Source of the DNA: Candidatus Methylomirabilota bacterium
GTDB taxonomy: Bacteria > Methylomirabilota > Methylomirabilia > Rokubacteriales > CSP1-6
NCBI GenBank assembly: GCA_035762565.1
Contig: DASTOJ010000305.1
Location: 6,835 to 70,834 of the forward strand
Length of the DNA: 64,000 nt
Direction of reading: 5' to 3'
The notes beneath the pieces were generated by a model. That model searched no databases. It saw only the letters and a list, made by a program, of their open reading frames with translations, and was not told the origin of the DNA. Positions 28,321 to 36,569 of the stretch are shown here, one piece after another (positions within the stretch are counted from its first letter, which is position 1; every line of letters starts with the position of its first letter). Both the position numbers and the translations under genes were made by a program.

Positions 28321-29467
28321 CGTCCCGCAGCGGGCGGGGCGGAGGGCCGGTGTAGTGGGCGCGGGGACGGATGAGACGGTTGTCGGCGTATTGCTCGAGG
28401 GCGTGGGCGCACCAGCCGGCGATGCGGCCGGTGGCGAAGATCGAGGTGCAGAGGTCGGGCGGAATGCCGAGGGCGTCGTAGACGACGGCCGAGAAGAAGT
28501 CGACGTTGACCGGCAGGGTCGTGCGCGCCCGCATCGCGTCATACACCCCCTCGGCCACCGCGAACAGCCGCTGCCGGCCGGTCGCCTCCGCCAGCGTCTT
28601 GGCCATGCCCCGCAGCACGCGGGCCCGGGCGTCGTCCACGCGGTACACGCGATGGCCGAAGCCGGGCACGCGGGTCTTGGGGTCGCTGCGCTCCCGACGG
28701 CTGAGCGCGCCGCGCCGGCCGAGCCGGCTCTCGACGAACGCCTCGGCCCTGTCCGGGTCGCCGATCTCGCGGAGCATCAGGAGCACGTCCTCGTTGGCCC
28801 CCCCGTGGCTCGGTCCCTTGAGCGTCGCGATGGCGGCCACGACCGCGGCGTGGAGGTCGGCACGCGTCGCCACCGCCACCCGCGCCGCGAACGTCGAGGC
28901 GTTGAACTCGTGGTCGGCGTGCAGGGTGAGCGCGATGTCCATGACCCGCGCCACGTCCGCGGACGGGGTGTGCCCCTCCAGCAGGGTGAGGAACCAGGCG
29001 GCGTGCGAGTCGATCGCCGGCGCCGTCACCGGCTCCCGCCCGGTCCGGAGCCGCTGCCACGCGGCCACGACCGCCGGCACCAGGGCGACGAGGCGGAACG
29101 CTTTCCGGAGGTTGGCCCCGGCGTCGATCGAGCCGGCGTCGGGGTCGAGGGCCGCCGCGAACGACACCGCCGTGCGCAGCGCGTCCAGCGGGTGGCCGTC
29201 GCGCGGCAGCGACCGCAGTAGCCCGACGATCGATTCCGGCAGCGTCCGCGCCTCGGCCAGCCCGGCGCGGAACGCGCGCGCCTCGTCCGCCGCCGGCAGC
29301 TCACCGAACCAGAGCAGGCGGATGACGTCCTCGAAGGGCACGGCCCCCGCCAGGTCGCCGATCTCGTAGCCGCGGTAGTAGAGCCGTCCGGCCCCGCCGT
29401 CGATCGTGCAGACGGCCGAGTCGGCCGCCACGACGTCCTCCAGCCCGGCCTTCCAGTCGCTGTCCAT
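28307..29467 (-). CDS. Citrate synthase family protein (type II / 2-methylcitrate-synthase-like), about 386 aa.
   Basis: Conserved GHRVYRVDDARARVL and catalytic His/Asp regions. Start chosen at MDSDW, which is preceded by GGAGGGG; an alternative ATG lies 8 codons upstream. Confidence 0.8.
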   Translation of the reverse strand: MDSDWKAGLEDVVAADSAVCTIDGGAGRLYYRGYEIGDLAGAVPFEDVIRLLWFGELPAADEARAFRAGLAEARTLPESIVGLLRSLPRDGHPLDALRTAVSFAAALDPDAGSIDAGANLRKAFRLVALVPAVVAAWQRLRTGREPVTAPAIDSHAAWFLTLLEGHTPSADVARVMDIALTLHADHEFNASTFAARVAVATRADLHAAVVAAIATLKGPSHGGANEDVLLMLREIGDPDRAEAFVESRLGRRGALSRRERSDPKTRVPGFGHRVYRVDDARARVLRGMAKTLAEATGRQRLFAVAEGVYDAMRARTTLPVNVDFFSAVVYDALGIPPDLCTSIFATGRIAGWCAHALEQYADNRLIRPRAHYTGPPPRPLRDVTSA

Positions 29468-29498
29468 CGCGTTGTCCCCTCCCCCGGCCATCTGGATC

Positions 29499-29540
29499 GC
29501 TTTAGATTGATACTACATGATTTATATTGATGCAACTTCA
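29499..29540. promoter_or_regulatory. AT-rich island (about 30% GC in a 70% GC genome) in a divergent intergenic region, with direct repeats TTAGATTGATAC / TTATATTGATGC spaced 20 bp apart.
   Basis: Sequence cgcTTTAGATTGATACTACATGATTTATATTGATGCaac. Probably a shared promoter/operator for the citrate-synthase homologue (minus strand) and the HTH gene (plus strand). Confidence 0.35.
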
Positions 29541-29582
29541 ACGGCCGGGCGAGGACGAAGCGCTTCTGATAGCCTCGGCTCG

Positions 29583-29813
29583 ATGGTGATCCTGGACGGC
29601 GAGGAGTTCCTGACGGTCGAGGAGGCGGCGCAGCTGCTCGGGGTCAAGCGCGAGACCCTCTACGCCTACGTCAGCCGGGGCATCCTCAAGAGCTACCGCC
29701 AGGGCATCAAGCGGCAGCGACTGTACCGGCGCGCCGAGGTCGAGGCGCTGATCAGGCTCGACCGTGGCGCCTCGACGGCGATCCCGCAGGCCGAGGACTG
29801 GATCCGGGACTGA
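29583..29813 (+). CDS. Small HTH_17 / excisionase-family DNA-binding protein (76 aa from MVILDGEEFLTVEEAAQLLGV).
   Basis: Winged-HTH motif FLTVEEAAQLLGVKRETLYAYVSRGIL. The ORF as listed begins 22 codons upstream, inside the AT-rich island. Confidence 0.55.
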   Translation: MVILDGEEFLTVEEAAQLLGVKRETLYAYVSRGILKSYRQGIKRQRLYRRAEVEALIRLDRGASTAIPQAEDWIRD

Positions 29814-29819
29814 CGTCCG

Positions 29820-30392
29820 TCACCGGCCCGCCGCCAGCACCTTACGGGCCTGGTTCAGATGGTCGATCGGGTGCAGCCGCCACGACGCGAGGGCGTAGGC
29901 CTTCCAGTCGGCCTCCTCGACCCAGTGCAGCGGCCGGACCGCGCCGCCGGGCCCGGGGACATTGACGACCATGACGAACGGCGCGCGGGCGGCGGTCCGG
30001 CAGTCCTCCGGCACCCCGGCCAGCAGGTCCAGCACGTCGCGATGCGCCCGCCGCAGCTCGTCGAGCAGCCAGGGCCACGGGCGCAGCAGGGGCGCCTTCG
30101 ACTGCAGGCTGGCCGGAATCGGCTCGCCCGGCGGCCGTTGACCGGCCAGCAGACAGCGCAGCTCGTCCACGCCGGGCCGGTACGTCTCCAGCAGGTGATC
30201 GACGATTTCCTGAATCGACCACTCGTTGGCAATGGTCCGACGCGCGGCCCGGTCGGGCGGCACCGTGGCCAGCACGGTGTCGAGCGCCTCGAAGGCGGCG
30301 GCGATCTGCCCGCGGAGAACCGCGGGCGCCAGCGTGCTCTTGCTCCGGAAGTACGCGCGAGCGCGTTCCTGGGCCTCGGCGTCCGCGTTCAT
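29820..30392 (-). CDS. DinB_2 / YfiT-like four-helix-bundle metalloenzyme-fold protein (190 aa).
   Basis: Spacing of conserved residues resembles the DinB/YfiT family (WSIQEIVDHLLETY ... HWVEEADWKAYA). Located 24 nt downstream of the ThyX-like gene. Confidence 0.5.
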   Translation of the reverse strand: MNADAEAQERARAYFRSKSTLAPAVLRGQIAAAFEALDTVLATVPPDRAARRTIANEWSIQEIVDHLLETYRPGVDELRCLLAGQRPPGEPIPASLQSKAPLLRPWPWLLDELRRAHRDVLDLLAGVPEDCRTAARAPFVMVVNVPGPGGAVRPLHWVEEADWKAYALASWRLHPIDHLNQARKVLAAGR

Positions 30393-30416
30393 GGCTCCTC
30401 CCGCGTGAGATAATCC

Positions 30417-32075
30417 TCAGCGAGGGTGAGGCATCGAAGGGGGCCGCCGCCCCCCTCCGAGCGAGGATGCCCCCCGGCGAGTCTCGGCCGCGCGCTCGGC
30501 CTCGAGCCGCTCGAGCTCGACCGCGGAATGGTCGGCGAAGATCATCGCGGCGGCGATGGCCCGGTGGCCGGCCCGCTCGGCGATCAGGCGATGCATCGTC
30601 TGGCAGATCCGGCGGTACGCTGGATGCCCCTGCGGCGTCGTCCGCAGCTCGATGACGTGCATGGCCTCGCGCGCGTTCATGTCCATGTAGAACCGGACCC
30701 GGTACGCCATGGCGACGGCGTAGGACGCGACCTCGGGCAAGCCGGCCGCCTCGATCGCGTCGTGCAGCCCGGCGCAGGCGTCCATGACGCGCCGCCAGGC
30801 GTCGGCGCCGCCGGCCTCGGCCACGGCCTCCGGCATGCTCCAGCCGTGCCGTGGCTCGAGCCGCTGCCACTCCAGCGTGAGCAACCGGTGCCGTTGCAGG
30901 TCGCGGAAGGCGCCATAGTCGGCGAGGACGTCGAAGCGGTAGCCGGTCCGCTCGAAGGCGCGGCCGGGCCGATGGCGGCGGTTCTTGCGCGCGCCGGCGT
31001 AGGCGCGCAGGACGTCGGTCCGCTGCTCGGGGGCCAGCGCCCGGGCGATCGCCTGCAGCTCGCGGTCGGAGCGCGAGCTCGCCGAGTAGAGCGCGGCGGC
31101 CACGACCTTCACCTCCCCGTCCGGATCGAAGTCCGTGAGCGCGACCTCCTCGGACGGGGCCGGGCCCGCCTGCCGCGCCGCGGCCTCGGCCGCGGGCGAC
31201 GCCAGGACTTCCGCGGCCACCGCGCGCGTGGCGCCCCGGGTCTCGGCGAGATAGGTCGACCACGCCGACCCGCGGTCGGGGAGGTCCACCCGCGTGAGGA
31301 ACGCGGGGATGACCTTGCGCAGCTCTCTCAGCATGAGATCGGCGTATGCGCGCACCTCGGCCAGGGGATGCGCTCGCATGCGCAGCAGCAGCTGCTCGTA
31401 GGCCTGGCCCGTGCCGTAGATGCCGACGTTGGACGTCGTGGCGGCGGGGAGCAGGCCGCGCAGGGTGTCGAGCGCCTTCGCGCGGATGGTGGTCCGGTAG
31501 ACGATCTCCGACTCGCCGGCCGGGCGCGGATGCCGGCGCTCGTAGAAGGCGCGCACCCGCGGCAGCCATTCGCGGTAGGTCTCGAAGGCCGTATCCAGCG
31601 TGGCGACGTAGCGCTCGCGGAGCGCCCCCGTCAGCTCCCCGGGCACATGGTAGCGGTACCGATCGCCCGGGCGGTCGTCGTACGGGATGTAGCGGGTGGA
31701 TTGCTCGAGATAGGCCATGAGCCGGCCCCACTCGAGCACCTTGGTGAGGAGGTTCGACGCGCCCTCGCACGCCAGGTGCACGCCGCCGAGCTGGGCCACC
31801 GAGTCGTCGCCGTAGTCGAGGAACACGCGCTCGTAGAGCTGCTCGGCGCGCGCGCGGCCGGCGTCGGCGCCCGGCGGTTCCGGCGCCGGGGCACCCCCGC
31901 CGAGGAACTCGTCGAGGAAGAGCCGCCGAAGGGATTTCGGCGAGCGGGAGTACCGTGCGAACAGTGCGCCCTTCACCACCTCCGGCAGGTTCACCAGCGC
32001 GAAGACGGGACCGTCGAGGTCGGTGAAGTACGGAGCGAGCCGCGCGCGTTCGTCCGGGCTGAACTGACCGTTCAT
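30417..32075 (-). CDS. ThyX-like (flavin-dependent thymidylate synthase family) protein with a duplicated domain, 552 aa. Tentative.
   Basis: The N-terminal half has a ThyX-like ARYSRS motif and ...LEQSTRY (S-x-RY) with a degenerate RHR. The C-terminal half carries an intact RHR (FRDLQRHRLL). No other family fits. Assignment is from motif recall only. Confidence 0.35.
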   Translation of the reverse strand: MNGQFSPDERARLAPYFTDLDGPVFALVNLPEVVKGALFARYSRSPKSLRRLFLDEFLGGGAPAPEPPGADAGRARAEQLYERVFLDYGDDSVAQLGGVHLACEGASNLLTKVLEWGRLMAYLEQSTRYIPYDDRPGDRYRYHVPGELTGALRERYVATLDTAFETYREWLPRVRAFYERRHPRPAGESEIVYRTTIRAKALDTLRGLLPAATTSNVGIYGTGQAYEQLLLRMRAHPLAEVRAYADLMLRELRKVIPAFLTRVDLPDRGSAWSTYLAETRGATRAVAAEVLASPAAEAAARQAGPAPSEEVALTDFDPDGEVKVVAAALYSASSRSDRELQAIARALAPEQRTDVLRAYAGARKNRRHRPGRAFERTGYRFDVLADYGAFRDLQRHRLLTLEWQRLEPRHGWSMPEAVAEAGGADAWRRVMDACAGLHDAIEAAGLPEVASYAVAMAYRVRFYMDMNAREAMHVIELRTTPQGHPAYRRICQTMHRLIAERAGHRAIAAAMIFADHSAVELERLEAERAAETRRGASSLGGGRRPPSMPHPR

Positions 32076-32087
32076 CCCGGTCGCATC

Positions 32088-32408
32088 TTACGCCAGCGCG
32101 CGCAGCGCCGCCACCACGCCGACGCCGAGGCCCACCGTGACGAGCAGGTTCACGCGCCAGCCGGCCAGGACCAGCACGATCGCGGCACCCCACAGCGGCG
32201 GGTGCCCCGGCGAGAGCGCCAGGCGCCCGTGGTCGACCAGGATCAGCGGCAGCGCGAGCGCGGGCAGCACGGCCAGCGGGACGAGGCGGAGCCACAGGCG
32301 GACGCGCGGCGGCAGCGCGCGTCGCGCCAGCATCAGCAGCAGCGGCGCCCGCGTGAGATAGGTGACGATGGCCATTCCGGCGATCACCACCCACACGTCG
32401 GTCCTCAT
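32088..32408 (-). CDS. azlD: AzlD-family branched-chain amino acid transport protein (106 aa).
   Basis: Small 3-4 TM protein starting MRTDVWVVIAGMAIVTYLTRAP, typical of AzlD. Its ATG overlaps the azlC stop (ATGA). Confidence 0.6.
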   Translation of the reverse strand: MRTDVWVVIAGMAIVTYLTRAPLLLMLARRALPPRVRLWLRLVPLAVLPALALPLILVDHGRLALSPGHPPLWGAAIVLVLAGWRVNLLVTVGLGVGVVAALRALA

Positions 32409-33082
32409 GCCGGCTCCGCCTGGAGCAGGAGCGCGGCCGCCGCGCTGACGGCGACGCCGGCGATCACGATGTGCCAGTTGCCGGGCAGGACGAACGCGAC
32501 GGCGACCGCCACCAGCGCGCTCGCCCCGGCCACCAGCCAGTCGGCGCGCCGGCGCAGCTGCCCGGCGACCAGGGCCAGGAAGACGGCGGGAAACGCGAAG
32601 TCGAGACCCCAGCGCGCGGGGTCGGCAACCAGGCCGCCGAGCCGGGTGCCGACCGACACGCCGGCCAGGAACGCGCCGGCCACCGCGAGCACGCTGCCCA
32701 CGAAGCACCACGGGTCGGGCGGGTTGCGGCGGGTGACGGCGACGGCGAACGACTCGTCGTTGATCCCGTGGGCGACCAGCGCCAGCCACGGCCGCGGGAA
32801 CGCCTGGAAGGCCGGCGCCAGCGTGGCCGCCATGAGGTAGTGCCGCAGGTTGACGACGTAGGTGGTGACGATGATCGCCAGCGGCGAGGCGCCGGCCGCC
32901 AGCATCGGGACCGCCACGAACTGGGCGGCGCCCGCGAAGACCAGCAGCGACATCCCCCACACCTCGAGCGGGTGGAGCCCCGACTGCACGGCGAGGCCGC
33001 CGAACACCGTGCCGTAGACGAATACCGAGGGCACCAGCGAGAGCGAGGCGACCAGGCCGTCGCGGAGGCCGGAGACGTCGAC
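32405..33082 (-). CDS. azlC: AzlC-family branched-chain amino acid permease (about 225 aa). Start uncertain; GTG chosen.
   Basis: AzlC-like motifs (GLVASLSLVPSVFVYGTVFG, AAQFVAVPML). The listed ORF has a GC-rich junk N-terminal extension. Confidence 0.6.
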   Translation of the reverse strand, partial: VDVSGLRDGLVASLSLVPSVFVYGTVFGGLAVQSGLHPLEVWGMSLLVFAGAAQFVAVPMLAAGASPLAIIVTTYVVNLRHYLMAATLAPAFQAFPRPWLALVAHGINDESFAVAVTRRNPPDPWCFVGSVLAVAGAFLAGVSVGTRLGGLVADPARWGLDFAFPAVFLALVAGQLRRRADWLVAGASALVAVAVAFVLPGNWHIVIAGVAVSAAAALLLQAEPA

Positions 33083-33135
33083 GCCCCGGGAGCGCGCTCC
33101 CGGGACGTCGGACGCCGAGGTCGAACCGCGCCCGC

Positions 33136-34236
33136 TCAGGCGATCGCCACCGAGTTGCCCGGCGCGCCGGTCGCACCCTTGATGGGCACGGGGTTGAACG
33201 ACCAGGCGAACTCGTACACCCGGTCCTTCGCCAGCTCGGAGGTGTCGAGGTTCTCGTTGATGTAGATCCCGTTCAGCGTCAGCCAGATCGCGTGGCAGGC
33301 GAACGGCAGGTTCGGGTTCTCGCCGGGCACCGCCTCCACCGGCCAGGTGTCGGCCCCGACGACGGCGATCTTCTTGTCGGCCAGCCAGCGTCCCGCGCTG
33401 ATGCCCGGCCCCGGGCAGCCCTTGTTGTACTCGGCGTTGTCCTTCTTCCACAGCGTGCCGTGGCCCGTGTGGAAGATGACGGCGTCGGCCTCGCCGGGCG
33501 CCCGGGTGTTCTGGCGCTTGAGCGCCGCCTCGATGTCGGCGACCGTGATCACGTAGTCGATCGGCAGCCGGTCACCGCCCTTGAGCGCGAGCACGTCGAG
33601 CAGGATGCCGCGGGTGAAGAACGGCCGGCAGTTCTCGATGCCGAGCTTCTTGAGGCCGTAGGTGCCCCCGACCTCCTCCTGCGTGAGGCCGTTGTAGTAG
33701 CGGAGCTTGCCGTCGGTGGCGACCATGCCGATGTGGCCCAGGCTGTCGAACTGCGAGCCCGCCTGGCCGATCTCGCCGACGAACAGCTCGTCGTGGTAGT
33801 AGAGCTTCTGGTTGCCGAAGGGACCGCCGGTGGGCGAGCCCGGGATGACGACGTGCGCGCCCAGCCGCTCGCCGAACAGCGGGATGCCTTTCTCGAGGAC
33901 ACGCCCCAGGGGATAGATCTTGCCGGTCTTGATCAGCCGGGCCGCCTCCAGCACCTTGGCCGGCGTGATGCGATTGTTGGCGCCGCGCTGGTCCTGGGCC
34001 CCCCACGGGGAGGGCCACCAGTTGCCGGCGCTGAGCGGATTTGCCGCCGCGGGTTGCGCCTGGGCCTGGGCGACCACCTGGCCCGCCGCCACGCCGGCCG
34101 CCACTCCGCCCACGACACCGGCCTTGACGAAGCTCCGGCGCGAGACTGCCTCGGGCCGCGCCGCCTCCGTCGACTCCTCGGGGACCGCGGGCTCCTCTTG
34201 CTTCCGCCAGAACTCTTTCAGCCAACCGGGTTGCAT
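33136..34236 (-). CDS. Putative cyclase-family protein (kynurenine-formamidase-like fold) with a Tat signal peptide, 366 aa.
   Basis: RRSFVKAGVVGG twin-arginine signal. Cyclase-family motifs (VIFHTGHGTLW, INENLD). Confidence 0.7.
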   Translation of the reverse strand: MQPGWLKEFWRKQEEPAVPEESTEAARPEAVSRRSFVKAGVVGGVAAGVAAGQVVAQAQAQPAAANPLSAGNWWPSPWGAQDQRGANNRITPAKVLEAARLIKTGKIYPLGRVLEKGIPLFGERLGAHVVIPGSPTGGPFGNQKLYYHDELFVGEIGQAGSQFDSLGHIGMVATDGKLRYYNGLTQEEVGGTYGLKKLGIENCRPFFTRGILLDVLALKGGDRLPIDYVITVADIEAALKRQNTRAPGEADAVIFHTGHGTLWKKDNAEYNKGCPGPGISAGRWLADKKIAVVGADTWPVEAVPGENPNLPFACHAIWLTLNGIYINENLDTSELAKDRVYEFAWSFNPVPIKGATGAPGNSVAIA

Positions 34237-34354
34237 GGCTCGCCTCCGCTGACGTGAGAGTGAGTTGCGCTGTCCCTTCCGGGTGGCCGTACGTAACCAT
34301 CACGCCGCGGCAGTGTCAAGACGCGGTGGTACTCTAGCGGCTCCGAGGAGGCTC

Positions 34355-35338
34355 ATGACACTCCAGATCGGCTTCATCCCCATCGAGGGCGGTCACTACT
34401 ATCGGGAGGCGCTGGAGGAGGTCACCCGCGCCGAGGAACTCGGCTTCCATTCGGCGTGGATGGAGGAACACCACTCCGTCACCAATCACTACTGGCCGTC
34501 TCCGCTGCCCGTCCTGGCCGGCTTTGCGACGCGCACGTCCAGGTTGGTGCTCGGCACCGACATCGTCGTGGCCGCCTTCCATCATCCGGTGCGGCTCGCC
34601 GAGGACGTGGCGATGCTCGACGTGATCTCCGGCGGCCGGCTGGTGCTCGGCATCGCGATCGGCTACAAGCCGGACGAGTTCGCGCTGTACGGCGTCGAGC
34701 TGGAGAAGCGGGGCGCCCGATTCGAGGAGCAGCTGGCCGTCATGAAGGGGCTGTGGACCCAGGAGCGCGTGCAGTTCAAAGGCGCGTACTATACCGTCGA
34801 GGGCCGGCTCGAGCCCAAGCCCGTGCAGAAGCCGCACCCGCCGGTGTGGATCGGCGGCTGGGGCGACATCACGCTGCGCCGCGCCGCCACGCTGGCCGAC
34901 AACTGGATCCCCGGCCCCACCGCGGACCTCGCCCGGCTGCTGCGGGGCAAGGCGCAGTTCCTGGAGCGGCGGCGGGCGGCCGGGCAGCCGGACCCGGCCG
35001 AGTGGCCGCTCACGCGTGACGTGATCGTCGCCGACACCGACCGGCGCGCCCGGGAATTGGCCGAGGAGCACATCATGGTCGCCTACCGACGGGAGTACGC
35101 GGGGGGCTGGCGGCATCCGTTCATCGACGCCTCCATCGCGACCGATCTCGACAAGCTCATGCAGGATCGGTTCATCATCGGCGGGCCGGAGCAGTGCGTC
35201 GCGCAGGTCCGCCGCTTCGTCGCGCAGTACGGGATGACGCACCTCATCTGCCGCACCTTCTTTCCCGGCATGCCGCACGCCCACATCATGCGCGAGCTGG
35301 AGCTGATCGCCCGGGAAGTGATGCCGGCTTTCCGGTGA
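34355..35338 (+). CDS. LLM-class flavin/F420-dependent oxidoreductase, 327 aa.
   Basis: Start at MTLQIGFIPIEGG. LLM motifs (GFHSAWMEEHH, LGIAIGYKPDEF). Confidence 0.75.
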   Translation: MTLQIGFIPIEGGHYYREALEEVTRAEELGFHSAWMEEHHSVTNHYWPSPLPVLAGFATRTSRLVLGTDIVVAAFHHPVRLAEDVAMLDVISGGRLVLGIAIGYKPDEFALYGVELEKRGARFEEQLAVMKGLWTQERVQFKGAYYTVEGRLEPKPVQKPHPPVWIGGWGDITLRRAATLADNWIPGPTADLARLLRGKAQFLERRRAAGQPDPAEWPLTRDVIVADTDRRARELAEEHIMVAYRREYAGGWRHPFIDASIATDLDKLMQDRFIIGGPEQCVAQVRRFVAQYGMTHLICRTFFPGMPHAHIMRELELIAREVMPAFR

Positions 35339-35393
35339 CGACAGGTCAGACCAAGCGGAGGCAACAGACCTAACTAACTGATATACTGAGGCC

Positions 35394-36485
35394 TTGCCGG
35401 TCCACTTCTGTCGCCAAAGAGGAGTGATACCGATCGCACAGGCCGTCTATCGGGTCGACCGTTCGTACGCGTGGAACTACGGCCACGCCCCGAAGCTTCC
35501 GCGGGTGCGCCGTTTACCGGCCGCGCCGGGGGGACGGCTGTTCGACTGCCCGCTGAACTCGCCACTGGGCATCGCCGCCGGCCCGTTGCTGAACTCCAAG
35601 TGGATCGAGGCCTACGCGCGCGTCGGCTTCGACATCCTGACCTACGCCACGGTGCGCTCCGGGTTCGTGCCGGCCCTGGCGCTGCCGAACATCCGCGCAG
35701 TCGAGAACCGCGAGCAGGCGGCGGTGGCCACCCGGCGCTCCGGACTGAACGGTGATCCCACGCTGGCCGTCTCGCTCGGCGTGCCCTCGATGGAGCCCGA
35801 CGTGTGGCGCAAGGACGTGCGGCGGGCGAAGGAGCGGATCGGCAAGGGCCAGGTCCTGATCGTCAGTGTGCTGGGCTCGCTGCCGGCCGGCGGAGACCGC
35901 GAGGCGCTCGTGGGCGACTACGCGGCCTGCGCGCGGTGGGCGGCCGAGGCGGGCGCCGACGTCGTCGAGGTGCACCTGGCCTGGCCGGATCCGTTCGCCG
36001 ACCAGCCCCAGGCCATCTACGAGAACCTCCCCCTCTCGGCCCAGATCCTCCATCGGATCCGCACGAGCGTCGGGGTGCCGATCGTGGCCAAGCTGGGGGC
36101 CTTCCGCACCCCCCGGATGCTGCACGACACCGCGACGAGGCTGGCGGCGTGGGCGAGCGGCTTCACCCTGGTGAACAGCTTCCAGCGGCGCGTGGTCGAC
36201 GAGACGGGCAACGCGGTGTTCGAGGGCGCCGGCCGCGACCGGGCGGAGGTCGTCGGCGCCGACACCTACCCGGCCGCCTCCCGGCAGATCGTCGAGATGC
36301 TGGCGTGGCGGCGGGCCGGGTGCTGGGACCGGGCGGTGCTGGCCGTGGGCGGCATCACGTCCGTCGAGCGCGCGCACGCGATGCTGCGGGAGGGCGCGGA
36401 CGCCGCCCTCGTCGCGACCGCCGCGCTCTACCAGCCGCTGTTCGCGGTTCGGTTCCGGGAGCAGCGGGCGGCCCGGGTCGCATAG
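35394..36485 (+). CDS. Dihydroorotate dehydrogenase-family (PyrD / dihydropyrimidine-DH-like TIM barrel) protein, 363 aa.
   Basis: FDCPLNSPLGIAAGPLL (substrate-binding loop), GADVVEVHLAWP, and a C-terminal GGITSVERAHAMLREGADAALV (FMN-binding). Confidence 0.65.
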   Translation: MPVHFCRQRGVIPIAQAVYRVDRSYAWNYGHAPKLPRVRRLPAAPGGRLFDCPLNSPLGIAAGPLLNSKWIEAYARVGFDILTYATVRSGFVPALALPNIRAVENREQAAVATRRSGLNGDPTLAVSLGVPSMEPDVWRKDVRRAKERIGKGQVLIVSVLGSLPAGGDREALVGDYAACARWAAEAGADVVEVHLAWPDPFADQPQAIYENLPLSAQILHRIRTSVGVPIVAKLGAFRTPRMLHDTATRLAAWASGFTLVNSFQRRVVDETGNAVFEGAGRDRAEVVGADTYPAASRQIVEMLAWRRAGCWDRAVLAVGGITSVERAHAMLREGADAALVATAALYQPLFAVRFREQRAARVA

Positions 36486-36569
36486 GGCGGAGGCTTGTTG
36501 GGGATCGGGGGAGCGCGGCTGCCCCCCGATCACCCCCCGAGCGGCGGCGAATAAGTTTCGTCGGGGGAC

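Noticed and set aside
30426-32840. 804-aa plus-strand ORF antisense to the ThyX-like and azlCD genes
   Set aside because: A shadow ORF. The sense-strand genes show recognisable family motifs.
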